From positions 2,133 through 66,132 of the forward strand of contig SGYR01000002.1 of the NCBI GenBank assembly GCA_004213405.1: DNA of 64,000 nucleotides. Direction: 5' to 3'. The notes beneath the pieces are model-generated. The model was not told the origin of the DNA, searched no databases, and saw only the letters and a list, made by a program, of their open reading frames with translations. The stretch comes from Candidatus Actinomarinales bacterium (GTDB lineage Bacteria; Actinomycetota; Acidimicrobiia; Actinomarinales; Actinomarinaceae). The position numbers were made by a program, and so were the translations under genes. Positions 33,650 through 41,694 of this stretch are shown in pieces. The first letter of the stretch is position 1, and the number at the start of each line of letters is the position of its first letter.

Positions 33650-34654
33650 ATGGGTAATGTAGCAATAAATGGTTTTGGAAGAATTGGACGTTCTATATTA
33701 AGAATAATTATTGAAAATAATTCTGATATAAATGTTGTTGCAATTAATGACCTCGGTAATTATGAAAACCTTGCATATCTTTTGAAACATGATTCTGTAA
33801 TGGGCATTTTGGATAGTGATGTACAAGTTGATGGAGACAATCTTTTAGTCGGAGATAGAGTTATTAAACTTACCTCAATAAAAGATCCTGCTGACCTTCC
33901 ATGGAGCGAATTAGATGTGGATGTTGTAATTGAATCAACTGGAATTTTTAGAGATAATGAATCCCTTAATAAACACATATCTGCTGGTGCTAAAAAAGTA
34001 TTACTTACTGTACCACCCAAAGATGAAATTGACGCAACAATAGTTTTAGGTGTAAATGACAATGACTTGAAGCCAGATGATAAAATTGTCTCTAATGCAT
34101 CTTGTACTACAAACTGTTTAGCACCGATAGCTAAAGTACTGGATGATAATTTTGGAATCAAATCTGGTCTTATGACCACAGTGCATGCATACACTAATGA
34201 TCAAGCACTAGCTGAAACAACACATAGTGACTTTAGGAGAGGCAGAAGTGCTACCCAAAATATAATTCCTACTTCAACAGGCGCAGCTAAAGCAGTTGGT
34301 ATGGTTTTACCTGAATTAAACGGTAAATTAGATGGCATGGCAATGAGAGTTCCTGTTCCAGATGGAAGTGTAGTTGATTTAGTAGTGGAATTAGAAAAAT
34401 CTGTTTCTATAGATGATGTAAATAAAGCTGTTAAAGAAGCTGCAGATAACGAACTAAAAGGTATTTTAGAGTACTCTGAGGTTCCTCTTGTATCTACCGA
34501 TATATTAAATAATCCACATTCAAGTATTTATGATGCATCTTCTACACAATTAATAGACGAAAATCACGTCAAAGTTGTATGTTGGTACGACAACGAATGG
34601 GGTTACTCAAATAGAGTTGTAGATCTTATTGGTAATCTTTTAAATAATGGATAA
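33650..34654 (+). CDS. gap: glyceraldehyde-3-phosphate dehydrogenase (canonical type I)
   Basis: NGFGRIGR, SNASCTTNCLAP, TTVHAYTNDQ, RRGRSATQNIIPTSTGAAKAV and WYDNEWGYS are all intact. Confidence 0.95.
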   Translation: MGNVAINGFGRIGRSILRIIIENNSDINVVAINDLGNYENLAYLLKHDSVMGILDSDVQVDGDNLLVGDRVIKLTSIKDPADLPWSELDVDVVIESTGIFRDNESLNKHISAGAKKVLLTVPPKDEIDATIVLGVNDNDLKPDDKIVSNASCTTNCLAPIAKVLDDNFGIKSGLMTTVHAYTNDQALAETTHSDFRRGRSATQNIIPTSTGAAKAVGMVLPELNGKLDGMAMRVPVPDGSVVDLVVELEKSVSIDDVNKAVKEAADNELKGILEYSEVPLVSTDILNNPHSSIYDASSTQLIDENHVKVVCWYDNEWGYSNRVVDLIGNLLNNG

Positions 34655-35063
34655 CAACCTTCCAATCGCTCCGGAAGCAATTGGAAATTATGTAACATAT
34701 AAAAAAATTGGAAACTATGTTTACACATCCGGACATGTACCGATTACAGAACAAAAAAAATATGTAGGAAAAGTACCAACTGAAATTTCAGTAGAAGAAG
34801 CCTATAAAGCTGCAGAGTTGTGTGCTGAACTTACTATTGCAACAATTAAAAAACATGGATCTATTGAAAACTTGCAACCTGTAAATGTTATTGGTTTTGT
34901 AAATGCTAATGAAGGTTTTGGGGACCACGCAAAAGTCCTCAATGGATTTACAGATAAACTTTCAGAATACTTTAGTGAAAAGTCGACACGATCAGCTGTA
35001 GGTGTTGCTAGCTTACCATTAAATGTATGTGTAGAAGTACAGTGTGTTTTTATCGATGGGTAA
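34647..35063 (+). CDS. RidA/YjgF family protein
   Basis: 138 aa with a YjgF/RidA-like pattern (YVYTSGHVP..., RSAVGVASLPLNVCVEVQ). Confidence 0.78.
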   Translation: MDNNLPIAPEAIGNYVTYKKIGNYVYTSGHVPITEQKKYVGKVPTEISVEEAYKAAELCAELTIATIKKHGSIENLQPVNVIGFVNANEGFGDHAKVLNGFTDKLSEYFSEKSTRSAVGVASLPLNVCVEVQCVFIDG

Positions 35064-35760
35064 ATTAATAGGAATATCCACTGGTCTTAAAAATGTAGAC
35101 ATGGCACCTGGTAATATTCCATGCGTTGTTATTAATAGTGATTTTGTTAAAGCATGTAATAAATATGGAAATACTGCTGTAATCTTTGGGCCACAAGAAA
35201 ATTTAGAAATGATAGACGTATCAAAATTTGATGCAATAGTAATTTCCGGTGGTGGTGATATTAACCCAAATATCTATGGAGAAGAAAAACTCGAAAAAAC
35301 AATAAGAATTTCGGATAATAGGGATAGCACTGAATTGGCAATGTTTAAATCTGCAGAAGAACATAATGTAAAAACTCTTGCTATATGTAGAGGACATCAA
35401 TTATTAAATGTTTATAAAGGTGGAACACTTCATCAAGATCTCAAAGATAGTGGATTTAGCCAAATCGATCACGATAAACCATTTGATGACGCACGTTCAC
35501 ATGTTCATGATGTAAATATAGAAAGTAACTCAAAGTTATATAACATAATTCAAGAAAATGAGATACAAGTCAATTCAATTCATCATCAAGCAATAAACAA
35601 AATTGGAAATGACTTACAAATAACTGCTAAATCATCTGATGGTGTTATTGAGGGTGTAGCGGTCACAAATGGTTGGAATGCAATAGGAGTGCAATGGCAT
35701 CCTGAAAACATGCTTGAAGATAATGTAAGCATTAAATTGTTTGAATGGTTAAATAGTTAA
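35056..35760 (+). CDS. class-I glutamine amidotransferase, peptidase C26 (gamma-glutamyl-GABA hydrolase-like)
   Basis: ISGGGDINP, nucleophile elbow LAICRGHQLLNV, SIHHQAI and GVQWHPE. ATG 35056 overlaps the ridA-like stop. The track's GTG 35044 is an alternative start. Confidence 0.8.
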   Translation: MGKLIGISTGLKNVDMAPGNIPCVVINSDFVKACNKYGNTAVIFGPQENLEMIDVSKFDAIVISGGGDINPNIYGEEKLEKTIRISDNRDSTELAMFKSAEEHNVKTLAICRGHQLLNVYKGGTLHQDLKDSGFSQIDHDKPFDDARSHVHDVNIESNSKLYNIIQENEIQVNSIHHQAINKIGNDLQITAKSSDGVIEGVAVTNGWNAIGVQWHPENMLEDNVSIKLFEWLNS

Positions 35761-36228
35761 GCTACTGTCCAATAAAGTTAAATTATCGTTTTCATAAATA
35801 AAAAAATTACTGTTGTAAGGGACACTCATTTCTACACCACTAATTTTGAGAAAATATATATTATTTAACACTTCATAACTTAAAAACTTGTAATCATTAT
35901 CTTTTAATTCTTGCCCTATAAAAAAACCAGGCCAAGGTAATTTATTTTCATTAATAAATGTATTAATAAAGTCTCTATTAATTGTTACATCCATGTTTCT
36001 TAAATTACTAATTGATTCAATCGTGTCATAAGATTTGAATTTTATTAAATTTCTATTCTTTAAATGTTTTTTAAATTCCTCAACAACAAAATTTACACCT
36101 TCAATTTGTAATGTAATTTCTTTTAAATCGAAATTGCGAAAAAAATATTCAATATTTATATATTGAAAACCTTTTAAAGAATGTGGTTTACCTAACTTAC
36201 CTACAATAAAATAGTTTTGATTAGTCAA
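35749..36228 (-). CDS. rimM: 16S rRNA processing protein RimM
   Basis: VGKLGKPHSLKGF N-terminal motif, with a PRC-barrel-like C-terminus. In the conserved position after rpsP-KH. Confidence 0.85.
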   Translation of the reverse strand: MTNQNYFIVGKLGKPHSLKGFQYINIEYFFRNFDLKEITLQIEGVNFVVEEFKKHLKNRNLIKFKSYDTIESISNLRNMDVTINRDFINTFINENKLPWPGFFIGQELKDNDYKFLSYEVLNNIYFLKISGVEMSVPYNSNFFIYENDNLTLLDSSLTI

Positions 36229-36472
36229 TAAATTCTACAGAAGATTGTAGGCCTTCTTCATCAGCTGCAGCTTGTGCAACAGTTCTGATTGCTCTTGCAA
36301 CTCTTCCTCTTTTACCAATGACTCTTCCCATATCATCAGGTGAAGTTCTAACCTCAATAGTTACATTTTCATCATCAGAGTCTGCAACATCAACTTTTAC
36401 AGATTTAGTATCTTCTACAATCTGATTAACGATGTACTCAACAACATTTTTAACAATTGTACCTGAAGCCAT
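36221..36472 (-). CDS. KH-domain RNA-binding protein (YlqC/KhpA-like)
   Basis: 83 aa with GRVIGKRGRVARAIRTV (GxxG KH loop), between rpsP and rimM. Confidence 0.87.
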   Translation of the reverse strand: MASGTIVKNVVEYIVNQIVEDTKSVKVDVADSDDENVTIEVRTSPDDMGRVIGKRGRVARAIRTVAQAAADEEGLQSSVEFID

Positions 36473-36876
36473 TATTCTTCTTCCTTATCTGAGGATTCTT
36501 CAGAAGATTCATTATTATTTTCTTCGTCTAAATTTTCTTCTTGTTGTTTTTTATTAGCTTTAGAACTGTTTTTAATTTTTTCTTCAGGAGCTTGTGGTAT
36601 AGAGACAACCTCTCCTTTTGTCGAACGCCATTGTGCCCATGCACCTGAAATTTCTAATATTTTTTGTGCCCTTTCAGAAGGTTGTGCTCCTTTATCTAAC
36701 CAAGCAACAGCTTTTTCTACATCAATTTCAACCATAGATGGGTTATGATGTGGATCGTAATAACCTAAATCTTCAATAAATTTTCCATCTCTTGGTGAAC
36801 GAGAGTCAGCAACAATCACACGGAATGTTCTATTTTTTTTCTTACCTCTTTGAGCAAGTCTTATTCTTACAGGCAT
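36472..36876 (-). CDS. rpsP: 30S ribosomal protein S16 with acidic C-terminal extension
   Basis: MPVRIRLAQRGKKKNRTFRVIVADSRSPRDGKFIEDLGYYDP. The C-terminal tail is Glu/Ser/Asn-rich. Confidence 0.96.
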   Translation of the reverse strand: MPVRIRLAQRGKKKNRTFRVIVADSRSPRDGKFIEDLGYYDPHHNPSMVEIDVEKAVAWLDKGAQPSERAQKILEISGAWAQWRSTKGEVVSIPQAPEEKIKNSSKANKKQQEENLDEENNNESSEESSDKEEE

Positions 36877-37003
36877 TAATTTCCTTTATTTAAATTGCAA
36901 TACATTATCTTACATGAAGTGAGACATAAAATGTACATAAAACAGATTAACTTCTTCATAAAAATAACTAGAAAAGATTTAATGTTTTGCTAACCTAATT
37001 TTG

Positions 37004-37624
37004 ATGCAAGTAATTGAAATTTCACATCCTTTAAAAGATCATTATCTAACAATAATTCGAGACAAGGAAACAGATTTCGAAAATTTTAGAGAATACTCCT
37101 CTAAATTGTCATATCTTCTTTTTATTGAAGGTACAAAAAATATATCAACAAAAGTAAAACCTATAGAGACTCCTTTAACCAGTATTGATGGTTTAGAAAT
37201 TGAGAATGAAAATGTTGCTATTGCAGTTTTAAGAGCAGGTTTAGGTCTTGTTGATGGTGTTAAGAACCTACTACCTAGTACATCATTTGGATACATCGGA
37301 GTTCAAAGAAATGAAGAGACAGCCACGCCTGAGTATTATTACGAGAATTTACCAAACTTAGAAAACAAAAATGTTTTTATTCTAGAACCTATGCTTGCTA
37401 CTGGTGGTTCTCTTTCATTTGCAATAGATAAGGTCAAAGAACACAATCCTAAAAGCATAATTGCTTTAACAGTTATTTCTGCTCCAGAAGGTATTGAAAG
37501 ATTGAAAAAAGAACACAGTGACATTACCTTAGTAACTGCAAAAATAGATGAAAAACTTAATGAGAATTGGTACATAGTTCCTGGACTAGGTGATATGGGA
37601 GACAGGCTTTTCGGAACAACCTAA
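37004..37624 (+). CDS. upp: uracil phosphoribosyltransferase
   Basis: VLRAGLG, ILEPMLATGGS (PRPP loop) and YIVPGLGDMGDRLFGT. ATG at 37004; the track begins at TTG 37001. Confidence 0.94.
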   Translation: MQVIEISHPLKDHYLTIIRDKETDFENFREYSSKLSYLLFIEGTKNISTKVKPIETPLTSIDGLEIENENVAIAVLRAGLGLVDGVKNLLPSTSFGYIGVQRNEETATPEYYYENLPNLENKNVFILEPMLATGGSLSFAIDKVKEHNPKSIIALTVISAPEGIERLKKEHSDITLVTAKIDEKLNENWYIVPGLGDMGDRLFGTT

Positions 37625-38775
37625 TGAAAAGATGTTTTCTTGTTGTAATAGATTCTTTAGGTGTTGGTGAAGCACCAGATGCAAAACAATATGGAGACGA
37701 AGGTGTAAATACACTTGGTAATGTCGCAAAACATGTTCAAGGTGTTGATTTACCTACTTTTGATAAATTAGGATTTGGAAAGATTACTAATGTTTTAGGA
37801 CTAGGTACTGAGCATGCAGCAACTGTTGGTAGGCTTTCTGAAGTATCTATAGGAAACGACTCAACCACAGGACATTGGGAAATTGCAGGTTTAATAACAA
37901 CAAAGGAATTTGAAACATTTCCAGATGGTTTTCCTCATGAACTTATCAGCAAGATAGAAGATGAAATTAATTTTAAATTTATTGGGAATATTCATGCTTC
38001 AGGTACTGAAATTATTAAAGACCTTGGTGAACAACACATGCAAACCAAAGAACTTATTTTATACACATCTGGTGACTCAGTTTTTCAAATAGCTGCGCAT
38101 GAAGATGTATACAGTCTTGAAGAGCTTTATAGAATTTGTGAGATTTCTAGAAAACACTGTAATCAGTACAACATAGGTAGAGTAATTGCTCGACCATTTA
38201 GAGGTCCTATTAACGCTTTTGAACGAACTTATGATAGGAAAGATTATGGAATGAATCCACCTGGAGAAACACTTCTAAGTTATGCATCAAAAAATAATTT
38301 AAAAACTTATGGAATAGGAAAGATTTCTGATTTGTTTGGTACTGAATTTCTTAATAGTTATGTCCATACTGAAGGCGATCAAAATGGTATTGACTGCTTG
38401 TTAAAAGAAGTTGAGTCCGGAGATAATGATTTTACTTTTGTTAATTTAGTAGATCTAGATATGTTGTATGGTCACAGAGAAGACCCTGATGGTTACTACA
38501 AAGGTTTACAGATAATAGATAAAGGTATGGGAAAAGTTATTGAATTATTAAACGAAAATGACTTGCTTATTTTAACTGGAGATCACGGCACAGACCCAAC
38601 AGATGGAAAAACTGATCACTCAAGGGAATATGTTCCGTTTGTTGCATATAAAAATAACGGTAAAGCAAATTATATTGGCGATGTTGAAAGCTTTGCAAAT
38701 ATAGCCTCTACTGTTTCAGAATTTTTTAATTTAGAAAATATATTCCCTGGTAAAAGCTTTTTAAATCAAATATAG
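37624..38775 (+). CDS. deoB: phosphopentomutase
   Basis: VIDSLGVGEAPDA, TTGHWE, NLVDLDMLYGHR and LTGDHGTDPT (metal-binding motifs). Confidence 0.94.
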   Translation: MKRCFLVVIDSLGVGEAPDAKQYGDEGVNTLGNVAKHVQGVDLPTFDKLGFGKITNVLGLGTEHAATVGRLSEVSIGNDSTTGHWEIAGLITTKEFETFPDGFPHELISKIEDEINFKFIGNIHASGTEIIKDLGEQHMQTKELILYTSGDSVFQIAAHEDVYSLEELYRICEISRKHCNQYNIGRVIARPFRGPINAFERTYDRKDYGMNPPGETLLSYASKNNLKTYGIGKISDLFGTEFLNSYVHTEGDQNGIDCLLKEVESGDNDFTFVNLVDLDMLYGHREDPDGYYKGLQIIDKGMGKVIELLNENDLLILTGDHGTDPTDGKTDHSREYVPFVAYKNNGKANYIGDVESFANIASTVSEFFNLENIFPGKSFLNQI

Positions 38776-38794
38776 ATTATTAATCTGTAAACAT

Positions 38795-39619
38795 ATGATT
38801 GAAAAAATTAACGAAGCTAAAGACTTTATAAGTACTTTTACCAATAATAAAAACATAGATACGATGATTATTTTAGGTTCAGGGATGGGGGGCTTTGAGG
38901 ATAACTATGAATCATTAAGCCAAGTAGATTACTCAGATATTCCTAATTTTTTAACTCCATCAATTGAAGGACATGCCGGTAAGTTATCTTTAGTGTCCAT
39001 TAATAATAAATTAACTGCAATTTTGTCAGGAAGAGCACATTATTATGAAGGATACCCTATCCAAGACCTCGTAATTCCTATTAGAGCTTTTTCATTGCTT
39101 GGTGTAAAAAACCTTGTACTAACAAATGCAGCTGGTGGTATATCAGATAATTATGTTCCGGGAGATATAATTTCAATCACGGACCATATAAATTTAACCG
39201 GAGATAATCCATTAATTGGAAAGAATCTAGATACATTTGGTCCAAGATTTCCAGATATGTCTGAAGTTTATAGTAGAAATTTCTTAAAACTTGCCGAAAA
39301 GGTATCAGAAAATCATTTTGAATTTAAGACAGGAATCTATGCATGGTTCACGGGACCATCGTACGAAACGCCCGCAGAAGTTCAATATGCAAAAAATATT
39401 GGAGCTGACTTAGTTGGAATGTCAACTGTTCCAGAAGCAATAGTTGCCAAACATTCAGGTATGGAAATCAGTGCTTTTTCTTTAGTTACAAATCTTGCAG
39501 CAGGAATAAGTAAAGATCCACTAAACCATGAAGAAGTTGTTGAAATTGCTGATAAGTCAAAAAAAAAACTACAAGGGTTTATGAAAGAATTTTTATCTGA
39601 ATTAAATTCAGATAATTAA
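38795..39619 (+). CDS. punA: purine nucleoside phosphorylase (trimeric PNP-I / PunA type)
   Basis: EGHAGKL, GRAHYYEGY, LTNAAGG, GPSYETPAE and GADLVGMSTVPE. Confidence 0.9.
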   Translation: MIEKINEAKDFISTFTNNKNIDTMIILGSGMGGFEDNYESLSQVDYSDIPNFLTPSIEGHAGKLSLVSINNKLTAILSGRAHYYEGYPIQDLVIPIRAFSLLGVKNLVLTNAAGGISDNYVPGDIISITDHINLTGDNPLIGKNLDTFGPRFPDMSEVYSRNFLKLAEKVSENHFEFKTGIYAWFTGPSYETPAEVQYAKNIGADLVGMSTVPEAIVAKHSGMEISAFSLVTNLAAGISKDPLNHEEVVEIADKSKKKLQGFMKEFLSELNSDN

Positions 39620-39641
39620 AAACATAAATTAATATATAGAT

Positions 39642-40391
39642 ATGAAAATTGCAGTTTGTGCTAAACAAATTCCTGATCCAGCAAATGAAGTTACCTACAG
39701 TAATGGAACAATTGTTAGACCTGAAGAACAAGTCTTAGATGATACTGACAGATATGGAATTGAAGTTGCTCTCCAGTTAAAAGAAAAATTTGATGCAGAA
39801 GTAACAATAATCTCAATGGGACCATCTGGAACACAGAAAGGTCTTCAACAAGCACTTCAAATGGGCGCAGACAAAGCTGTATTTGTTGATGACGAATCCT
39901 TAAAGGGTGCGAACTCATTAATGACTGCAAATGTTCTTAGTGAATTAGCTAAATCCCTGTCGGCAGATATTGTAATATTTGGCACTGAGTCTACAGATGG
40001 TTATTCTGGCACGGTTCCACAGCAAGTTTCAAGATATCTTGACTTAGAATGTATTTCATATGTAAAAGCAGTTGAAATTAATGATAACGTTACATTAACT
40101 AGACAAACTGTAGAAGGCTCTGAAAAATTAAATATGCCTGAAAAATGTGTTTTATCTGTAACTGCAGGTGGGGTTGAACCAAGATACCCAAACTTTAAAG
40201 ATATTATGGCAGCTAAGTCTAAACCAATAGAACAGGTTTCAATCAGTGACTTAACAATTAATACAACTCAGAATCTTGAATTCATAGATATTGAAACAGT
40301 CGAAAATTCTAAATCCGGTGAGAAAATTATTGATGAAGGTGAAGCCTATCAAGAAATTGTAAATAAATTGAAAGAGTTAAAAGTAATATGA
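39642..40391 (+). CDS. etfB: electron transfer flavoprotein beta subunit
   Basis: MKIAVCAKQIPD..., DLIIFG-type IVIFGTESTDGYSGTVPQQV, and coupling to etfA (ATGA overlap). Confidence 0.9.
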   Translation: MKIAVCAKQIPDPANEVTYSNGTIVRPEEQVLDDTDRYGIEVALQLKEKFDAEVTIISMGPSGTQKGLQQALQMGADKAVFVDDESLKGANSLMTANVLSELAKSLSADIVIFGTESTDGYSGTVPQQVSRYLDLECISYVKAVEINDNVTLTRQTVEGSEKLNMPEKCVLSVTAGGVEPRYPNFKDIMAAKSKPIEQVSISDLTINTTQNLEFIDIETVENSKSGEKIIDEGEAYQEIVNKLKELKVI

Positions 40392-41305
40392 AAACTTTAA
40401 TAATTGGTGAAATTATAAACAACAACCTAAGTTCTGGAACTTTGGAAATATTAGGCAAAGCAAAGTCCTTAGATTTAGATGTTCAAGTTGTAACTGTCGG
40501 TAGTGATGAAAATCCATCAATCGGTCTTGATCTTTGTAAACAAACCTATCTCAAAAGGCAAAACAATTCATTAAATTTATCAAAAGTAGCAACAAAAATT
40601 TCTGAAATGATTAAAAATGAGGAAATCAGTTTAATTCTGGGATCTTCAACATACATGTGCAGGGATTTAATTTCATTTTTGTCTGTAGATTTAAACAGTA
40701 GTCCAGTATCAAATGTTATTGATTTTGACGTCGCATCAGGAAATGTATCTACAGTAAATTCTATAAATGGTGGAGAAAGTTTATACAAAACAAAAATTAA
40801 TTCAGATCAAGCATTATTACTTATAAGACCAAAAGCATTTGATCCTATTGAGGTAAATTTTAATGAAGATTTTGAAACTATTGATTTAGACGGCAGTGAT
40901 TTAGAGGTTTTTGATATATTTATTGAAGAAAAATCTGGTCCACAGCTTGAAGATTCTAAAGTTGTCATATCAGCTGGTAGAGGCATGGTCGACAAAGAGA
41001 ATTTAGAATTAATTGAAACTTTAGCATCAAAATTGAATGCAGCTATTGGTGGTACTAGAGCAATAGTTGATGCTGGTTGGATGCCCTACTCACAACAAGT
41101 AGGACAAACAGGAAAAACTGTAAAGCCAGATGTATATATTGCATGTGGAATTTCTGGAGCAACTCAGCATCAAGTTGGTATGAAAGATTCAAAATTTGTG
41201 ATAGCTATTAATAAGGATGAGGAAGCCCCTATTTTTCAATTAGCAGATTTAGGCATAGTCGGTGACACGCTAAGTGTTATACCTAAATTGAACGACAATA
41301 TTTAA
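40388..41305 (+). CDS. etfA: electron transfer flavoprotein alpha subunit
   Basis: C-terminal FAD domain: VVISAGRG, GGTRAIVDAGWMPYSQQVGQTGKTVKPDVYIACGISGATQH and AINKDEEAPIFQ.ADLGIVGD. Confidence 0.92.
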   Translation: MKTLIIGEIINNNLSSGTLEILGKAKSLDLDVQVVTVGSDENPSIGLDLCKQTYLKRQNNSLNLSKVATKISEMIKNEEISLILGSSTYMCRDLISFLSVDLNSSPVSNVIDFDVASGNVSTVNSINGGESLYKTKINSDQALLLIRPKAFDPIEVNFNEDFETIDLDGSDLEVFDIFIEEKSGPQLEDSKVVISAGRGMVDKENLELIETLASKLNAAIGGTRAIVDAGWMPYSQQVGQTGKTVKPDVYIACGISGATQHQVGMKDSKFVIAINKDEEAPIFQLADLGIVGDTLSVIPKLNDNI

Positions 41306-41694
41306 TCTTTAAACTGAATTTTATTATTGTACGGGAGCACATCGTCGAATTTATATTTTTCAAAACTGTCCTTGTGAACAACAATTACATCCTCAACACC
41401 AAACTCTGACATTCGCTGCCTGGAAACACCACAAGGAAATATTGCTTCTTCATCTGCATCAATACATGCTACAGCTAATATATCAATTTTTGTTTCACCT
41501 TCTGAAATGGCTTTGAGTACAGCTACATCCTCTCCACAAACAGTTGCTGGATAAGATACATTTTCTATATTGCAACCTGTATATACATTTCCTGAATCTG
41601 TAATAAGTGCTGCTCCAACTCTAAAATTTGAATATGGTGCATAAGCTTTTTTTGCAGTATCTCTAGCTAATTGAGCTAATTCTTGATCGTTCAT
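41302..41694 (-). CDS. cdd: cytidine deaminase (homotetrameric type) with one zinc-ligand substitution
   Basis: AYAPYSNFRVGAAL, GCNIEN and CGE (catalytic Glu). The PCGxCRQ box reads PCGVSRQ (TCC Ser codon, verified in the DNA). Confidence 0.82.
   Translation of the reverse strand: MNDQELAQLARDTAKKAYAPYSNFRVGAALITDSGNVYTGCNIENVSYPATVCGEDVAVLKAISEGETKIDILAVACIDADEEAIFPCGVSRQRMSEFGVEDVIVVHKDSFEKYKFDDVLPYNNKIQFKD

Noticed and set aside
33760-34194. The longest shadow ORFs: 144 aa (33760-34194) and 131 aa (33178-33573) antisense to the two gap genes, 135 aa (15144-15551) antisense to nusA, 122 aa (16627-16995) antisense to proS, 119 aa (3227-3586) antisense to the redoxin gene, 118 aa (16001-16357) antisense to rimP, 113 aa (62383-62724) antisense to gdhA and 110 aa (32791-33123) antisense to the gap-like gene.
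   Set aside because: Same reasoning. The sense-strand genes are unambiguous, and the antisense translations are low-complexity. Overlapping genes of this size would need independent evidence.
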